This document shows, piece after piece, positions 38,569 to 47,676 of a stretch of DNA of 64,000 nt. The stretch's first letter is position 1. Every line of letters starts with the position of its first letter. The stretch comes from an uncultured Bacteroides sp. (GTDB lineage: Bacteria > Bacteroidota > Bacteroidia > Bacteroidales > Bacteroidaceae): the NCBI GenBank assembly GCA_949296575.1, contig CASFPE010000034.1:116062-180061 (forward strand), written 5' to 3'. The notes beneath the pieces were generated by a model, which saw only the letters and a list, made by a program, of their open reading frames with translations, ran no database searches and had not been told where the DNA came from. Both the position numbers and the translations under genes were made by a program.

Positions 38569-40254
38569 TTACTTCACAATGCCGCTGATATCGTATTTTG
38601 CGAACTCAATATCTGTTTCAGCATATTTAGCCAAAGCTGCATCTTTCTTCACTGCGCTTGACAAGCTGTTGGTCACCATCGTGCTATTGTTGGTTCTTGC
38701 GCCCACGATAGCCATCAAGTAATCAGTGTAAGCATCCGGAGTTTCAACGGCAGACAATGTAGACTTGGCCTTATTGTAATCTTTTGCCAAAATCTGGGCA
38801 AGAGCAGCACTATTGGTCTTAGCATCACCAAAAGCATTCACAGCTCTCTCATATTGTCCTTGTGCGATATAAAGGTTGCCCATCGCTTCATTCAGGTTTT
38901 CTGCACCAGAAGCCTTTCCAAAACAAGCTTCAGCCGTAGCTTTATCACCCTTTGCCAAAGCGACCAAACCAAGGTTCATGTTCACTTCAGGAGCATTGCC
39001 ATTGATGTTGGCAGCCTTCTTCCCGTAAGATTCTGCTTGGTCGTAGTTGCCGTTCTGGTAGTAGACTTCACACAAGTTGTTATACGCACGGTAATCATTC
39101 GGGTACTGGCTTACAGCCAATTTGTAGATCTTTTCTCTCTTAGCGTTGTCATTTGTCAACGTCCCTGCATAAAGCAATTCTTCCACATTCAGTTGTTTCG
39201 GGTCTGAATCTACGAATTGCATGATTTCTTCGTCAGACTTGCCAATCAAATCATAGTTCAAGGTCAAGCGAGAACGACGCAACTGAGGCAGGATTTCGTC
39301 TGCCAAAGTCTTGTAAACAGAAGAAATGTTCTTGATTTCCGTCTCTCTTTGTTCCGGGTCTTGATACATGGAAAGGACACGAAGAATCAGTTCTTTGTCT
39401 TGGATATCGGATGCAGAGACCAATTCTTGGAAACCTTCCCAGTCTTGAGCCGTGGCATTGGATTCAACAGCCGCTTCCACTTCAGCCTTCTTCAACTGCT
39501 TGTTCACATACTTCACGGTGTTTTCTTCACGATTTTCTGACAAACCAGTGTTCAACTTCACGCCGCCATCCGGAGATGCATAAGCCGAAATCTCGATATT
39601 GTTGATTTTCTTGCCCTTCTTGTCTGCATACACATCCGACACAGTTTGGTTGAATTCCTTGATTTGGTCAGAGTTCAGCTCGCTTGAACGGAGGTTGGCC
39701 TGCTGGATAAGGAACATGATGTTCGCCTCTTTCTCTTGAGCGATGATGCGTTGGAACTTGTCCTTGGAATCAGCCGTATTGGCAGTTGCCACTGTCTTGT
39801 TGACCAATTCAGAAGTAGAAACCACGCCATCAGCAATCTTGATGGCAGGGATGTCTACCGTCTTCTTGCCGAATTTTGCATCGAACTCCAACCACAATTC
39901 AGACTTCGCCATCTCAGGAATATAGTTGAACGTGGTCTTCATAGTCACGTTGCCGCCCATCTTATAAGAGATGGTCGGATTGTTCCCTTCCACTTTCTCG
40001 CCTTGGTAAGTGAACACGTCGCCCTTGGCCTCGCCACCGTTCCATTTCAACACCGGAGTCACTTTGATTACGCCTTTCTTCTTTAAGAATTTCTCAGGGA
40101 ATGTCCCATTGATTGTAACAGGAACCTTGCCAGCAACAGCCTCCAACACTTGAGGATTCGTTGTGAAATATTCCGGTTTCAATTCCGGTTTGCCGCAAGA
40201 TGCAAATGCGACAACCAACGCCATCAGCAATGGCAAATGTAACTTCTTAATCAT
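38569..40254 (-). CDS. lipoprotein with C-terminal tetratricopeptide repeats
   Basis: 561-aa ORF with lipobox LVVAFASCG. TPR-like repeats occupy the last ~200 aa (YRAYNNLCEVYYQNGNYDQAESYGKKA...). Confidence 0.6.
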   Translation of the reverse strand: MIKKLHLPLLMALVVAFASCGKPELKPEYFTTNPQVLEAVAGKVPVTINGTFPEKFLKKKGVIKVTPVLKWNGGEAKGDVFTYQGEKVEGNNPTISYKMGGNVTMKTTFNYIPEMAKSELWLEFDAKFGKKTVDIPAIKIADGVVSTSELVNKTVATANTADSKDKFQRIIAQEKEANIMFLIQQANLRSSELNSDQIKEFNQTVSDVYADKKGKKINNIEISAYASPDGGVKLNTGLSENREENTVKYVNKQLKKAEVEAAVESNATAQDWEGFQELVSASDIQDKELILRVLSMYQDPEQRETEIKNISSVYKTLADEILPQLRRSRLTLNYDLIGKSDEEIMQFVDSDPKQLNVEELLYAGTLTNDNAKREKIYKLAVSQYPNDYRAYNNLCEVYYQNGNYDQAESYGKKAANINGNAPEVNMNLGLVALAKGDKATAEACFGKASGAENLNEAMGNLYIAQGQYERAVNAFGDAKTNSAALAQILAKDYNKAKSTLSAVETPDAYTDYLMAIVGARTNNSTMVTNSLSSAVKKDAALAKYAETDIEFAKYDISGIVK

Positions 40255-40321
40255 TGTTGCTATAATTTAAAGTTTATAAATTAAAATTCTCTCTCTGAAT
40301 TTTCGGCATTACTTCTCCGGG

Positions 40322-40329
40322 CAAAGATA
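40322..40329 (-). promoter_or_regulatory. Bacteroidetes-type -7 box (TATCTTTG on minus strand)
   Basis: TAnnTTTG match 68 nt upstream of the ATG at 40254. Confidence 0.4.
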
Positions 40330-40582
40330 TTAAAAACTTCAATCGGTCTTTCATTCCAATGCAAAAATTATAATAATTTATAGGATAAAACCTGTTAAAG
40401 GATTTGAAACAACACCGTTTGCACTTACCGCCCGCAGCAGATGCGCATCCAATACTGCATATGCAACAACCATGCCATCCGCGCTTCCCTGCCCAAGCAA
40501 TTACAAGCCCGACAAGGCAATAATAAAATATGTGTAAAAGAACATTGGCAAAAGCCCATAATGCCTCAAGCGGCACACCTGC

Positions 40583-41518
40583 TCACTCCGTCCTTTCCTG
40601 CCTTTCCCCGTAATGAATGTTGCGAGGATGATGCGCTATGATTTCACTACGGAGCATGCTTCGGTCAACATGAGTGTAGATTTCTGTCGTGGCAATATCC
40701 TCATGTCCCAGCATGCACTGTATGGCTTTCAAGTTGGCCCCGCCTTCCAACAAATGGGTGGCAAACGAATGGCGGAAAGTATGCGGGCTAACATTCTTGA
40801 CAATCCCTGCGGCTTGCACCTGTTCTTTGACAATATGGAAAACCATGATGCGCGACATCTTCGTGCCGCGCCGGCTCAAAAAAAGGTAGTCTTCTTGGCC
40901 CTTCTTCGCAGGAACGGCATTGCGGTCGTAAAAATACAGCCGGATTTCCTTTATCGCCCTCGGAGAAATCGGCACCAGCCGTTGCTTGCTTCCTTTGCCT
41001 TCCACCTTGATGAAACCTTCGTCGAAATACAGTTCTGAAAGTTTCAGGTTCACCAATTCGGATACACGAAGGCCGCAACTGTACAACGTTTCCAAAATAG
41101 CCCGGTTGCGTTGCCCTTCGCTCTTGCTCAAGTCCACTGTCGAAATGATACGGTCGATTTCCTCCAACGTCAACACTTCAGGAATCTTGAAACCGATTTT
41201 GGGAGATTCCAACAGTTCCGTAGGGTCAGACTCAATGGAACCGTCCAACAACAAAAAGCGGAAAAACGATTTGATGCCCGAAATAACCCGCGCCTGCGAA
41301 CGGGGATGGATGCCCACGTCATGCAAGCCGGCAGCAAATCCATGCAAAACGTCCAATGTGACATTCTTCACTCCTATGCCTTCCAATAGCAGGTAGGACA
41401 GCAACTTGTCCAAATCGGCCAAATAAGCATCCCGTGTGTTCGCTGAAAGAGAGCGCTCTAACCGCAAGTATTGCTTGTACCTCCGCACCAACTCATTATT
41501 TTCATCCTTATCCACCAT
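40583..41518 (-). CDS. xerD: site-specific tyrosine recombinase XerD
   Basis: 311-aa ORF with a SAM-like N-domain and catalytic residues in context (R..., HTFRHSFATHLLEGG, GH..I.TTEIYTH). It lies among housekeeping genes. Confidence 0.8.
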   Translation of the reverse strand: MVDKDENNELVRRYKQYLRLERSLSANTRDAYLADLDKLLSYLLLEGIGVKNVTLDVLHGFAAGLHDVGIHPRSQARVISGIKSFFRFLLLDGSIESDPTELLESPKIGFKIPEVLTLEEIDRIISTVDLSKSEGQRNRAILETLYSCGLRVSELVNLKLSELYFDEGFIKVEGKGSKQRLVPISPRAIKEIRLYFYDRNAVPAKKGQEDYLFLSRRGTKMSRIMVFHIVKEQVQAAGIVKNVSPHTFRHSFATHLLEGGANLKAIQCMLGHEDIATTEIYTHVDRSMLRSEIIAHHPRNIHYGERQERTE

Positions 41519-41608
41519 TTTTTCCGCTATTCAATTTCTTTTTATTAATTTTGCCACACGATTTCATTCACTGCAAAAATATCAAAAACATTTGTAATCT
41601 CATTACAT

Positions 41609-42055
41609 ATGAAAATACAAATACTGAACGGACCCAACATCAACCTTTTGGGGAAACGTGAACCCTCTGTTTACGGAAACCGCTCATTCGAGGACTATTT
41701 AGAAGAACTCAAAAGCCGGTATCCGAACGTGGAATTCGGCTGCTTCCAGTCCAACATAGAGGGGGAATTGGTCAACAAACTGCAAGAAACGGGATTCACA
41801 GCCGACGGAATCATCCTGAACGCTGGAGCTTACACGCACACATCCATCGCGCTCCAGGATGCCATCCGCGCTATCACGGCCCCGGTGATAGAGGTGCATA
41901 TCTCCAACGTACATGCACGCGAACCGTTCCGCCACACATCGATGATAGCCAGTGCCTGCATGGGCGTCGTCTGCGGCTTCGGGCTTCAGTCCTACCAACT
42001 GGCAACCGAAGCACTGATTCTGAAAACAAGCAATGCCACTAATATAATAAGGTAA
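41609..42055 (+). CDS. aroQ: type II 3-dehydroquinate dehydratase
   Basis: MKIQILNGPNINLLGKREP...NAGAYTHTSIA...EVHISN are canonical AroQ motifs. Confidence 0.9.
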   Translation: MKIQILNGPNINLLGKREPSVYGNRSFEDYLEELKSRYPNVEFGCFQSNIEGELVNKLQETGFTADGIILNAGAYTHTSIALQDAIRAITAPVIEVHISNVHAREPFRHTSMIASACMGVVCGFGLQSYQLATEALILKTSNATNIIR

Positions 42056-42061
42056 TACAAC

Positions 42062-43525
42062 ATGATGCTGAAACAAACAAAAATCGTAGCGTCCATTTCC
42101 GACCTGCGATGCGAAGTAGACTTCATACGCCAACTATTCGAGGCCGGCATGAACGTGGTGCGCATGAACACCGCACACGCCAGCCGCGAAGGCTTTGAGA
42201 AACTAATAACAAACGTGCGCACTGTCTCCAACCGGATTGCCATCTTGATGGACACCAAAGGACCGGAAGTGAGAACCACCCCACTGAAAGGCGGCGCACC
42301 CATCGACTACAAGTCCGGGGACAAAGTAAAAATAGTCGGCGACCCCGATGCAGAAACATCCCGCGAATGCATTGCCGTGTCATACCCCCATTTCGTACAG
42401 GACCTATCCATCGGAAGCGATATCTTGATAGACGACGGCGACCTTGCACTGAAAGTCTTGGGAAAAACAGACGGCGCACTGCTCTGCGAAGTGCAGAACG
42501 ACGCCACCTTGGGAAACAGGAAAAGCGTGAATGTGCCGGGCGTGCGCATCAACCTTCCGTCACTTACCGAAAAAGACAAAAACAACATCCTCTACGCCAT
42601 CGAAAAAAACATCGATTTCATCGCCCACTCTTTCGTGCGCAACAAGCAGGACGTGCTGGACATACGGGACATTCTCGACGCACACGGCAGCGACATCAAA
42701 ATCATTGCCAAGATAGAAAACCAAGAAGGTGTCGACAATATCGATGAAATCATAGAAGTTGCCGACGGCATCATGGTGGCGCGAGGCGACCTTGGCATAG
42801 AAGTTCCCCAAGAACGGATTCCCGGCATCCAACGAATCCTGATACGCAAATGCGTGATGGCCCGGAAACCCGTCATCGTAGCCACGCAGATGCTGCACAC
42901 CATGATCAACAATCCGCGTCCCACCCGTGCAGAAGTCACCGACATCGCAAACGCCATCTACTACCGCACGGACGCACTCATGCTCAGCGGGGAAACCGCC
43001 TACGGGAAATACCCCGTGGAAGCCGTGAAAACCATGACAAAAGTAGCGGCACAAGCGGAAAAAGACAAGCTATGGGAAAACGACATCCGCATTCCTTTGG
43101 AAGAAAACAGCACGGATGTCACCGCCTTCCTTGCCAAACAAGCCGTGAAAGCCACCTACAAGCTCAAAATCCGCGCCATCATCACCGACAGTTACAGCGG
43201 GAGAACCGCCCGCAACTTGGCTGCATTCCGGGGCAGATACCCGGTGCTGGCCATCTGCTACAAGGAAAAAACGATGCGCCAACTGGCATTGTCCTACGGA
43301 GTAGAAGCCATCTACATGCCGGAACTGGCCAACGGCCAGCAATACTATTTCGCTGCATTGAGGAAACTGCTGAAAGACGGCGTGCTGAAAGAAACAGACA
43401 TGGTGGCCTACTTGAGCAGCGGGAAAGAAGGGACGCAGACATCCTTTTTGGAAATCAACGTGGTGGCCGACGTGTTGAAATACGCCGACGACTACGTGCT
43501 GCCCAACAGCAACCGCTACTTGTAA
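42062..43525 (+). CDS. pyk: pyruvate kinase
   Basis: 487-aa ORF with TKIVASI, MNVVRMN.AH, MVARGDLG and an allosteric C-domain. Confidence 0.9.
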   Translation: MMLKQTKIVASISDLRCEVDFIRQLFEAGMNVVRMNTAHASREGFEKLITNVRTVSNRIAILMDTKGPEVRTTPLKGGAPIDYKSGDKVKIVGDPDAETSRECIAVSYPHFVQDLSIGSDILIDDGDLALKVLGKTDGALLCEVQNDATLGNRKSVNVPGVRINLPSLTEKDKNNILYAIEKNIDFIAHSFVRNKQDVLDIRDILDAHGSDIKIIAKIENQEGVDNIDEIIEVADGIMVARGDLGIEVPQERIPGIQRILIRKCVMARKPVIVATQMLHTMINNPRPTRAEVTDIANAIYYRTDALMLSGETAYGKYPVEAVKTMTKVAAQAEKDKLWENDIRIPLEENSTDVTAFLAKQAVKATYKLKIRAIITDSYSGRTARNLAAFRGRYPVLAICYKEKTMRQLALSYGVEAIYMPELANGQQYYFAALRKLLKDGVLKETDMVAYLSSGKEGTQTSFLEINVVADVLKYADDYVLPNSNRYL

Positions 43526-43538
43526 CCAACAACCAGCC

Positions 43539-44165
43539 ATGGAAGAAGCAATCGGCGAATACATATTAAGGCACATCGACGAAGAAGGCGAATACCTCCA
43601 CGCCCTTTACCGGGACACCAATATCAAGTTGCTCCGCCCCCGCATGGCATCAGGCCACTTGCAGGGACGGCTGTTGAAGATGCTTGTGCGGATGATCCGC
43701 CCGAAAAACATCGTGGAAATCGGGACATACAGCGGCTACTCTGCCTTGTCCATGGCCGAAGGCCTGGAGGAAGGAAGCATGATACACACCTTTGAAATCA
43801 ACGATGAACAGGAAGACTTCACCCGCCCATGGATAGAAAACTCGGCATACGCCGACAAGATACAGTTCTACATCGGGGACGCACTGGAACTGGTTCCCCA
43901 AATGAATTTGGCTTTTGAAATGGCCTTCGTCGACGGCGACAAGCGAAAGTACACCGATTATTATGACATGCTCCTGCCCCGCCTCCCACATGGCGGCTAT
44001 ATCATTGCCGACAACACCCTGTGGGACGGGCATGTGCTGGAAAACAGCCGCGACCGGCAAACGACAGGAATCCAAATGTTCAACGAACAGGTCGCAGCAG
44101 ACAACAGGGTGGAAAAGGTCATCCTGCCCGTCAGAGACGGCCTAACCATCATTCGGAAGAAATAA
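43539..44165 (+). CDS. class I SAM-dependent O-methyltransferase (family 3)
   Basis: 208-aa ORF with the SAM motif IVEIGTYSGYS and FVDGDK, as in caffeoyl-CoA OMT-like enzymes. Confidence 0.75.
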   Translation: MEEAIGEYILRHIDEEGEYLHALYRDTNIKLLRPRMASGHLQGRLLKMLVRMIRPKNIVEIGTYSGYSALSMAEGLEEGSMIHTFEINDEQEDFTRPWIENSAYADKIQFYIGDALELVPQMNLAFEMAFVDGDKRKYTDYYDMLLPRLPHGGYIIADNTLWDGHVLENSRDRQTTGIQMFNEQVAADNRVEKVILPVRDGLTIIRKK

Positions 44166-44188
44166 CGAACTTGACAAATCAAAAAAAT

Positions 44189-44524
44189 ATGGAAACAACC
44201 CGCCAAAACAAGATTGCCCGCTTGATACAAAAAGAATTAAGCGACATGTTCTTGCTGCAAACCAAAGCCATGAGCGGAGTGCTTGTGTCTGTCAGCGTCG
44301 TAAGAATCAGCCCCGACATGAGCGTGGCCAAGGCATACTTGAGCATCTTCCCTTCCAGCAAGAGCGAAGAAATCATCCAGAACATCAACGCGAATGCCAA
44401 AAGCATTCGGTTCGAGTTAGGCACACGGTTGCGCCACCAACTGCGCATCATCCCCGAACTGAAGTTTTTCATCGACGATTCTTTGGATTACATCGAAAAA
44501 ATCGACCAGTTATTGCGCCAGTAG
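44189..44524 (+). CDS. rbfA: ribosome-binding factor A
   Basis: ORF trimmed to METTRQNKIARLIQKELSDMF. The 111-aa length is RbfA-like. Confidence 0.85.
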   Translation: METTRQNKIARLIQKELSDMFLLQTKAMSGVLVSVSVVRISPDMSVAKAYLSIFPSSKSEEIIQNINANAKSIRFELGTRLRHQLRIIPELKFFIDDSLDYIEKIDQLLRQ

Positions 44525-45754
44525 TTGAACTTGCCTTTCTACATAGCGTGGCGTTACCTGTTCTCGAAAAAATCGCACAATGCCATCAACATCATTTCGG
44601 GAATATCGGTCTGCGGCATATCATTGGCCACATTGGCCATGGTATGCACGCTGTCTGTCATCAACGGTTTCCAGGAAATGGTGGAACAGTTCTTCACGGC
44701 ATTCGACCCTGAACTGAAAATCACCTCAACAAAAGGCAAGAAATTTGCCATCACCGACGCACAGATACAAAGCATTAAAAGCATGCCCGAGGTGGAAGTA
44801 TTCATGGGCACCCTGGAAAAACAAGTCATGCTGCAATACAAAGAACGCCAGATGACAGCCGTCATAAAAGGCGTAGAAGACAATTTCGAGCAACTCACTG
44901 CCATCGACAGCATCCTGTACGGGACAGGGCAATTCATCCTGCACGACGAAGTAGCCGATTATGGCATTCCCGGTGCCGAACTGATGACCATATTGGGTAC
45001 AGGCGTAGAGTTCATCGACCCTATCCGCGTCTATGCGCCACGACGCGACCGCACAATCAACGCCGCCAACCCTGCCAATTCATTCACCACCGGACGGCTT
45101 TTCTCGCCCGGAGTCATCTTTGCCGTCAACCAACAAGAATACGATGCCAACTACATTCTCGCTTCATTGGCCTTTGTGCGGAAACTTTTCAACTACCAAG
45201 ACGAAGTAACAGCCGTGGAACTGCGCCTGCATCCGCAGGCCAACACCGCCCAAGTACAAAAACGCATCCAAGAAAAGTTGGGCAACAACTTCAAGGTAAT
45301 GAACCGCTACGAACAGCAGGAAGACGTGTTCCGCATCATGAAAGTAGAAAAACTGGTTTCCTACCTTTTCCTCACCTTCATCCTGCTCATTGCCTCGTTC
45401 AACATCATGGGTTCCATCTCCATGCTGGTCATCGACAAGAAAGACGATGCAATGACCCTCCGCAACTTGGGCGCTTCCAACCGCCTCATCGGCAGAATCT
45501 TCCTGTTCGAAGGGTGGCTCATATCCGCCGCAGGGGCTGTGACAGGCATCATTGCCGGACTCGCGCTCTGCCTGCTCCAACAACATTTCGGAATCATCAA
45601 GTTAGGGAACGGAGAAAACACCTTTGTCATCGACACCTATCCTGTCAGCGTGGAAACGGCAGATGTCATTCTCGTTGCCGCCACTGTCTTGGCGATAGGC
45701 TTCTTGGCCATACGGTATCCCGTTCGTTACTTTTGCCGCCGCCTGCTCCCTTGA
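44525..45754 (+). CDS. FtsX/LolE-like ABC transporter permease
   Basis: 409-aa ORF from a TTG start. The N-terminus FYIAWRYLFSKKSHNAINIIS is typical of LolC/E-family permeases, with a C-terminal FtsX domain. Confidence 0.75.
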   Translation: MNLPFYIAWRYLFSKKSHNAINIISGISVCGISLATLAMVCTLSVINGFQEMVEQFFTAFDPELKITSTKGKKFAITDAQIQSIKSMPEVEVFMGTLEKQVMLQYKERQMTAVIKGVEDNFEQLTAIDSILYGTGQFILHDEVADYGIPGAELMTILGTGVEFIDPIRVYAPRRDRTINAANPANSFTTGRLFSPGVIFAVNQQEYDANYILASLAFVRKLFNYQDEVTAVELRLHPQANTAQVQKRIQEKLGNNFKVMNRYEQQEDVFRIMKVEKLVSYLFLTFILLIASFNIMGSISMLVIDKKDDAMTLRNLGASNRLIGRIFLFEGWLISAAGAVTGIIAGLALCLLQQHFGIIKLGNGENTFVIDTYPVSVETADVILVAATVLAIGFLAIRYPVRYFCRRLLP

Positions 45755-45799
45755 GGGAAAAACAAAGACAAATCCCATCCTTTTCCCGGAAAAATCCTT

Positions 45800-45807
45800 T
45801 ATCTTTG
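45800..45807 (+). promoter_or_regulatory. Bacteroidetes-type -7 box (TATCTTTG)
   Basis: TAnnTTTG match 34 nt upstream of the ATG at 45841. Confidence 0.45.
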
Positions 45808-45840
45808 CCCGCATGTCACATATACAAAAATAATCTCATC

Positions 45841-47370
45841 ATGAAAACAACACTCTTTTCAATGGCGGCACTGCTCCTGATGGCATCCTGCGCATCCAAT
45901 CTTCCCAAGGACGTGCGGCTTTCACCCGCTCCCGATGCGGAAAATATCAACCCCGACACACACTTGGCACTCCTTTTCAAAGAAAAGCCCATTGTGAACG
46001 ATTCTGGAATGATCCGCATCTACGAGGCCGGCACACACCGTTTGATAGACAGCCTCGACCTGAGCATCCCCGCAGGCCCCACGGAAAGCCGGACCTATGG
46101 GCCGGAATGCGACTACACAAAGATTCCATATGATTACACACGCACCTATGTCCCGACCAACAAGAATACCCGTCCAGGCACGCCGTCGGGCATGGCAGAA
46201 CCCACATCCCATGAATACCAACTGAACATCATCGGCGGGTTCACCGACGCTTTCCACTTCCATCCCGTCATCGTGCGCGACTCCATCGCCACCATCTACC
46301 CGCACAACAACATGCTGGAATACGGGAAAACCTATTACGTGACCATCGATGAAGGCGCCATCACCCTTCCAAGCGGAAAATTCAAAGGCATCACAAAGCC
46401 CAATGCATGGACATTCACCACCAAGGCCGCCGCGCCTGCATCCACCGACACCCTGATTGTGGATGCCAGCGGAAAGGGAGATTTCAACACGGTGCAAGGA
46501 GCGCTGGACTTCATCCCCGACTTTTCGGAACAAACGACCGTCATCCTCGTGCGCCCCGGCGACTATGAAGAAATCGTTTATGCCCGCAACAAAACGAACA
46601 TAAAAATAAAAGGAGCCGGCATGGACTGCACCCGCGTGCATTATGCCAACAACGAAGTGTTCAACCCCCACCCCATGAACGTGAAAACCAACGAATGGCC
46701 CGGCACATTCCCTTCGCGCCGTGCAGCCTTCATGCTCGACAACTGCCACGACATCACCTTGGAAGACATCACCATCGCCACAACCTTGAAAGGACAAGCC
46801 GAAGGACTGTTGCTGAACGGCGAACGCATCGCCCTCTACCGTGTGCATGTCATCGGGTCGGGAGATGCCCTGCAAGCCAACGGCACCATCTATATGGAAG
46901 CCTGCCAGATTGACGGCGATGGCGACACCATACTGGGACGAGGCAGCCTGTTTGCTTATCGGTGCGACTTGCGCAACAGCGGAGGGCCTTTCTCTTGGGT
47001 AAGGAACACAGCCGGGAACCACGGGGACGTGTTCGTGGAATGCACGTTCTCCTGCCCCGACGGACACATGGGCGACTACGGGCGCACGAAAACAAACCAC
47101 GGTTCTTCCTATCCCGACGCTGAATTTGTAGTGATAGACTGCCGCGTGAAAAACATCATCCCTGAGGGCTGGAGCAGCATCGGCGAAAGAACGGCACGGA
47201 TGTATGAACACAACACCCGCGACCTCGACACAGGAAAGCCCGTTGACGTGTCGCGCCGCCACCCCTACTCCCGCCAGTTAGATGCCGTAAGGGATGCGGC
47301 CTTGCTCCGCAACTACCGCAACCCGGCCTTCGTGTTGAAGGGATGGCAACCGCAAAGCCAACTGCAATAA
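45841..47370 (+). CDS. pectinesterase-like (CE8) lipoprotein
   Basis: ORF 45514.. trimmed to MKTTLFSMAALLLMASC (lipobox). The C-terminal half has a pectinesterase-like beta-helix with FNTVQGALDFIP, GSGDALQ and DGDGDTILG in place of the QDT/DFIFG motifs. Confidence 0.65.
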   Translation: MKTTLFSMAALLLMASCASNLPKDVRLSPAPDAENINPDTHLALLFKEKPIVNDSGMIRIYEAGTHRLIDSLDLSIPAGPTESRTYGPECDYTKIPYDYTRTYVPTNKNTRPGTPSGMAEPTSHEYQLNIIGGFTDAFHFHPVIVRDSIATIYPHNNMLEYGKTYYVTIDEGAITLPSGKFKGITKPNAWTFTTKAAAPASTDTLIVDASGKGDFNTVQGALDFIPDFSEQTTVILVRPGDYEEIVYARNKTNIKIKGAGMDCTRVHYANNEVFNPHPMNVKTNEWPGTFPSRRAAFMLDNCHDITLEDITIATTLKGQAEGLLLNGERIALYRVHVIGSGDALQANGTIYMEACQIDGDGDTILGRGSLFAYRCDLRNSGGPFSWVRNTAGNHGDVFVECTFSCPDGHMGDYGRTKTNHGSSYPDAEFVVIDCRVKNIIPEGWSSIGERTARMYEHNTRDLDTGKPVDVSRRHPYSRQLDAVRDAALLRNYRNPAFVLKGWQPQSQLQ

Positions 47371-47419
47371 AACAGCAAAGGCTTGGACAGGAGTCCAAGC
47401 CTTTGCGCATTTCAAGCGG
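47316..47419. repeat. left copy of 104-nt direct repeat flanking the type I RM island
   Basis: Matches 56110..56213 at 99/104 positions by hand alignment. It covers the last ~17 codons and stop of the pectinesterase-like gene plus a hairpin. Confidence 0.9.
47376..47405. terminator. hairpin (13-bp stem) after the pectinesterase-like gene
   Basis: CAAAGGCTTGGAC agga GTCCAAGCCTTTG. There is no strong T-run. A second copy at 56170..56199 has loop GAAT. Confidence 0.5.
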
Positions 47420-47518
47420 CAAGAGATGAATTATTTTGTCGCTTAATGCCTCCCCATATCAGACGCACAATCAAAGCAAGGATAACGCTCGTAATCCACA
47501 CCTACGTAAACGTCCTCT

Positions 47519-47653
47519 TTAGGGAATAGTGGTTTTGCCACTACCATTACGGCCATAGATTACACTTAAAGCATCTTTTTTGAAAAGCTCTAATTCCGTT
47601 TCGCTATCAAAGCAGCCTCCTTTTATCTTGATTGTTTTAAAATTTTCAAACAT
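47519..47653 (-). pseudogene. 44-codon stub of a P-loop (Walker A) ATPase
   Basis: MFENFKTIKIKGGCFDSETELELFKKDALSVIYGRNGSGKTTIP* ends two residues after the Walker A motif. It starts 23 nt downstream of the hsdR stop. Confidence 0.5.
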
Positions 47654-47676
47654 ACTATTTATAGGTTGATATAAAT

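Noticed and set aside
40274-40576. 100-aa minus-strand ORF (and 40441..40641 on the plus strand) in the xerD/TPR-lipoprotein intergenic region
   Set aside because: It has Cys/Ala/Gly-rich odd composition and no recognisable motif. It overlaps the predicted promoter region of the TPR lipoprotein gene, so it is probably non-coding.
45514-45840. 5' extension of ORF 45514..47370, which would make a 618-aa protein
   Set aside because: The extension overlaps the lolE-like gene in another frame and is Arg/His-rich. The ATG at 45841 gives a clean lipoprotein signal and sits 34 nt after a TAnnTTTG box.
45922-47262. 446-aa minus-strand ORF inside the pectinesterase-like gene
   Set aside because: It is a Gly/Val/Ala/His-rich shadow frame with no start context. 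The plus frame has a lipoprotein signal and a CE8-like region.
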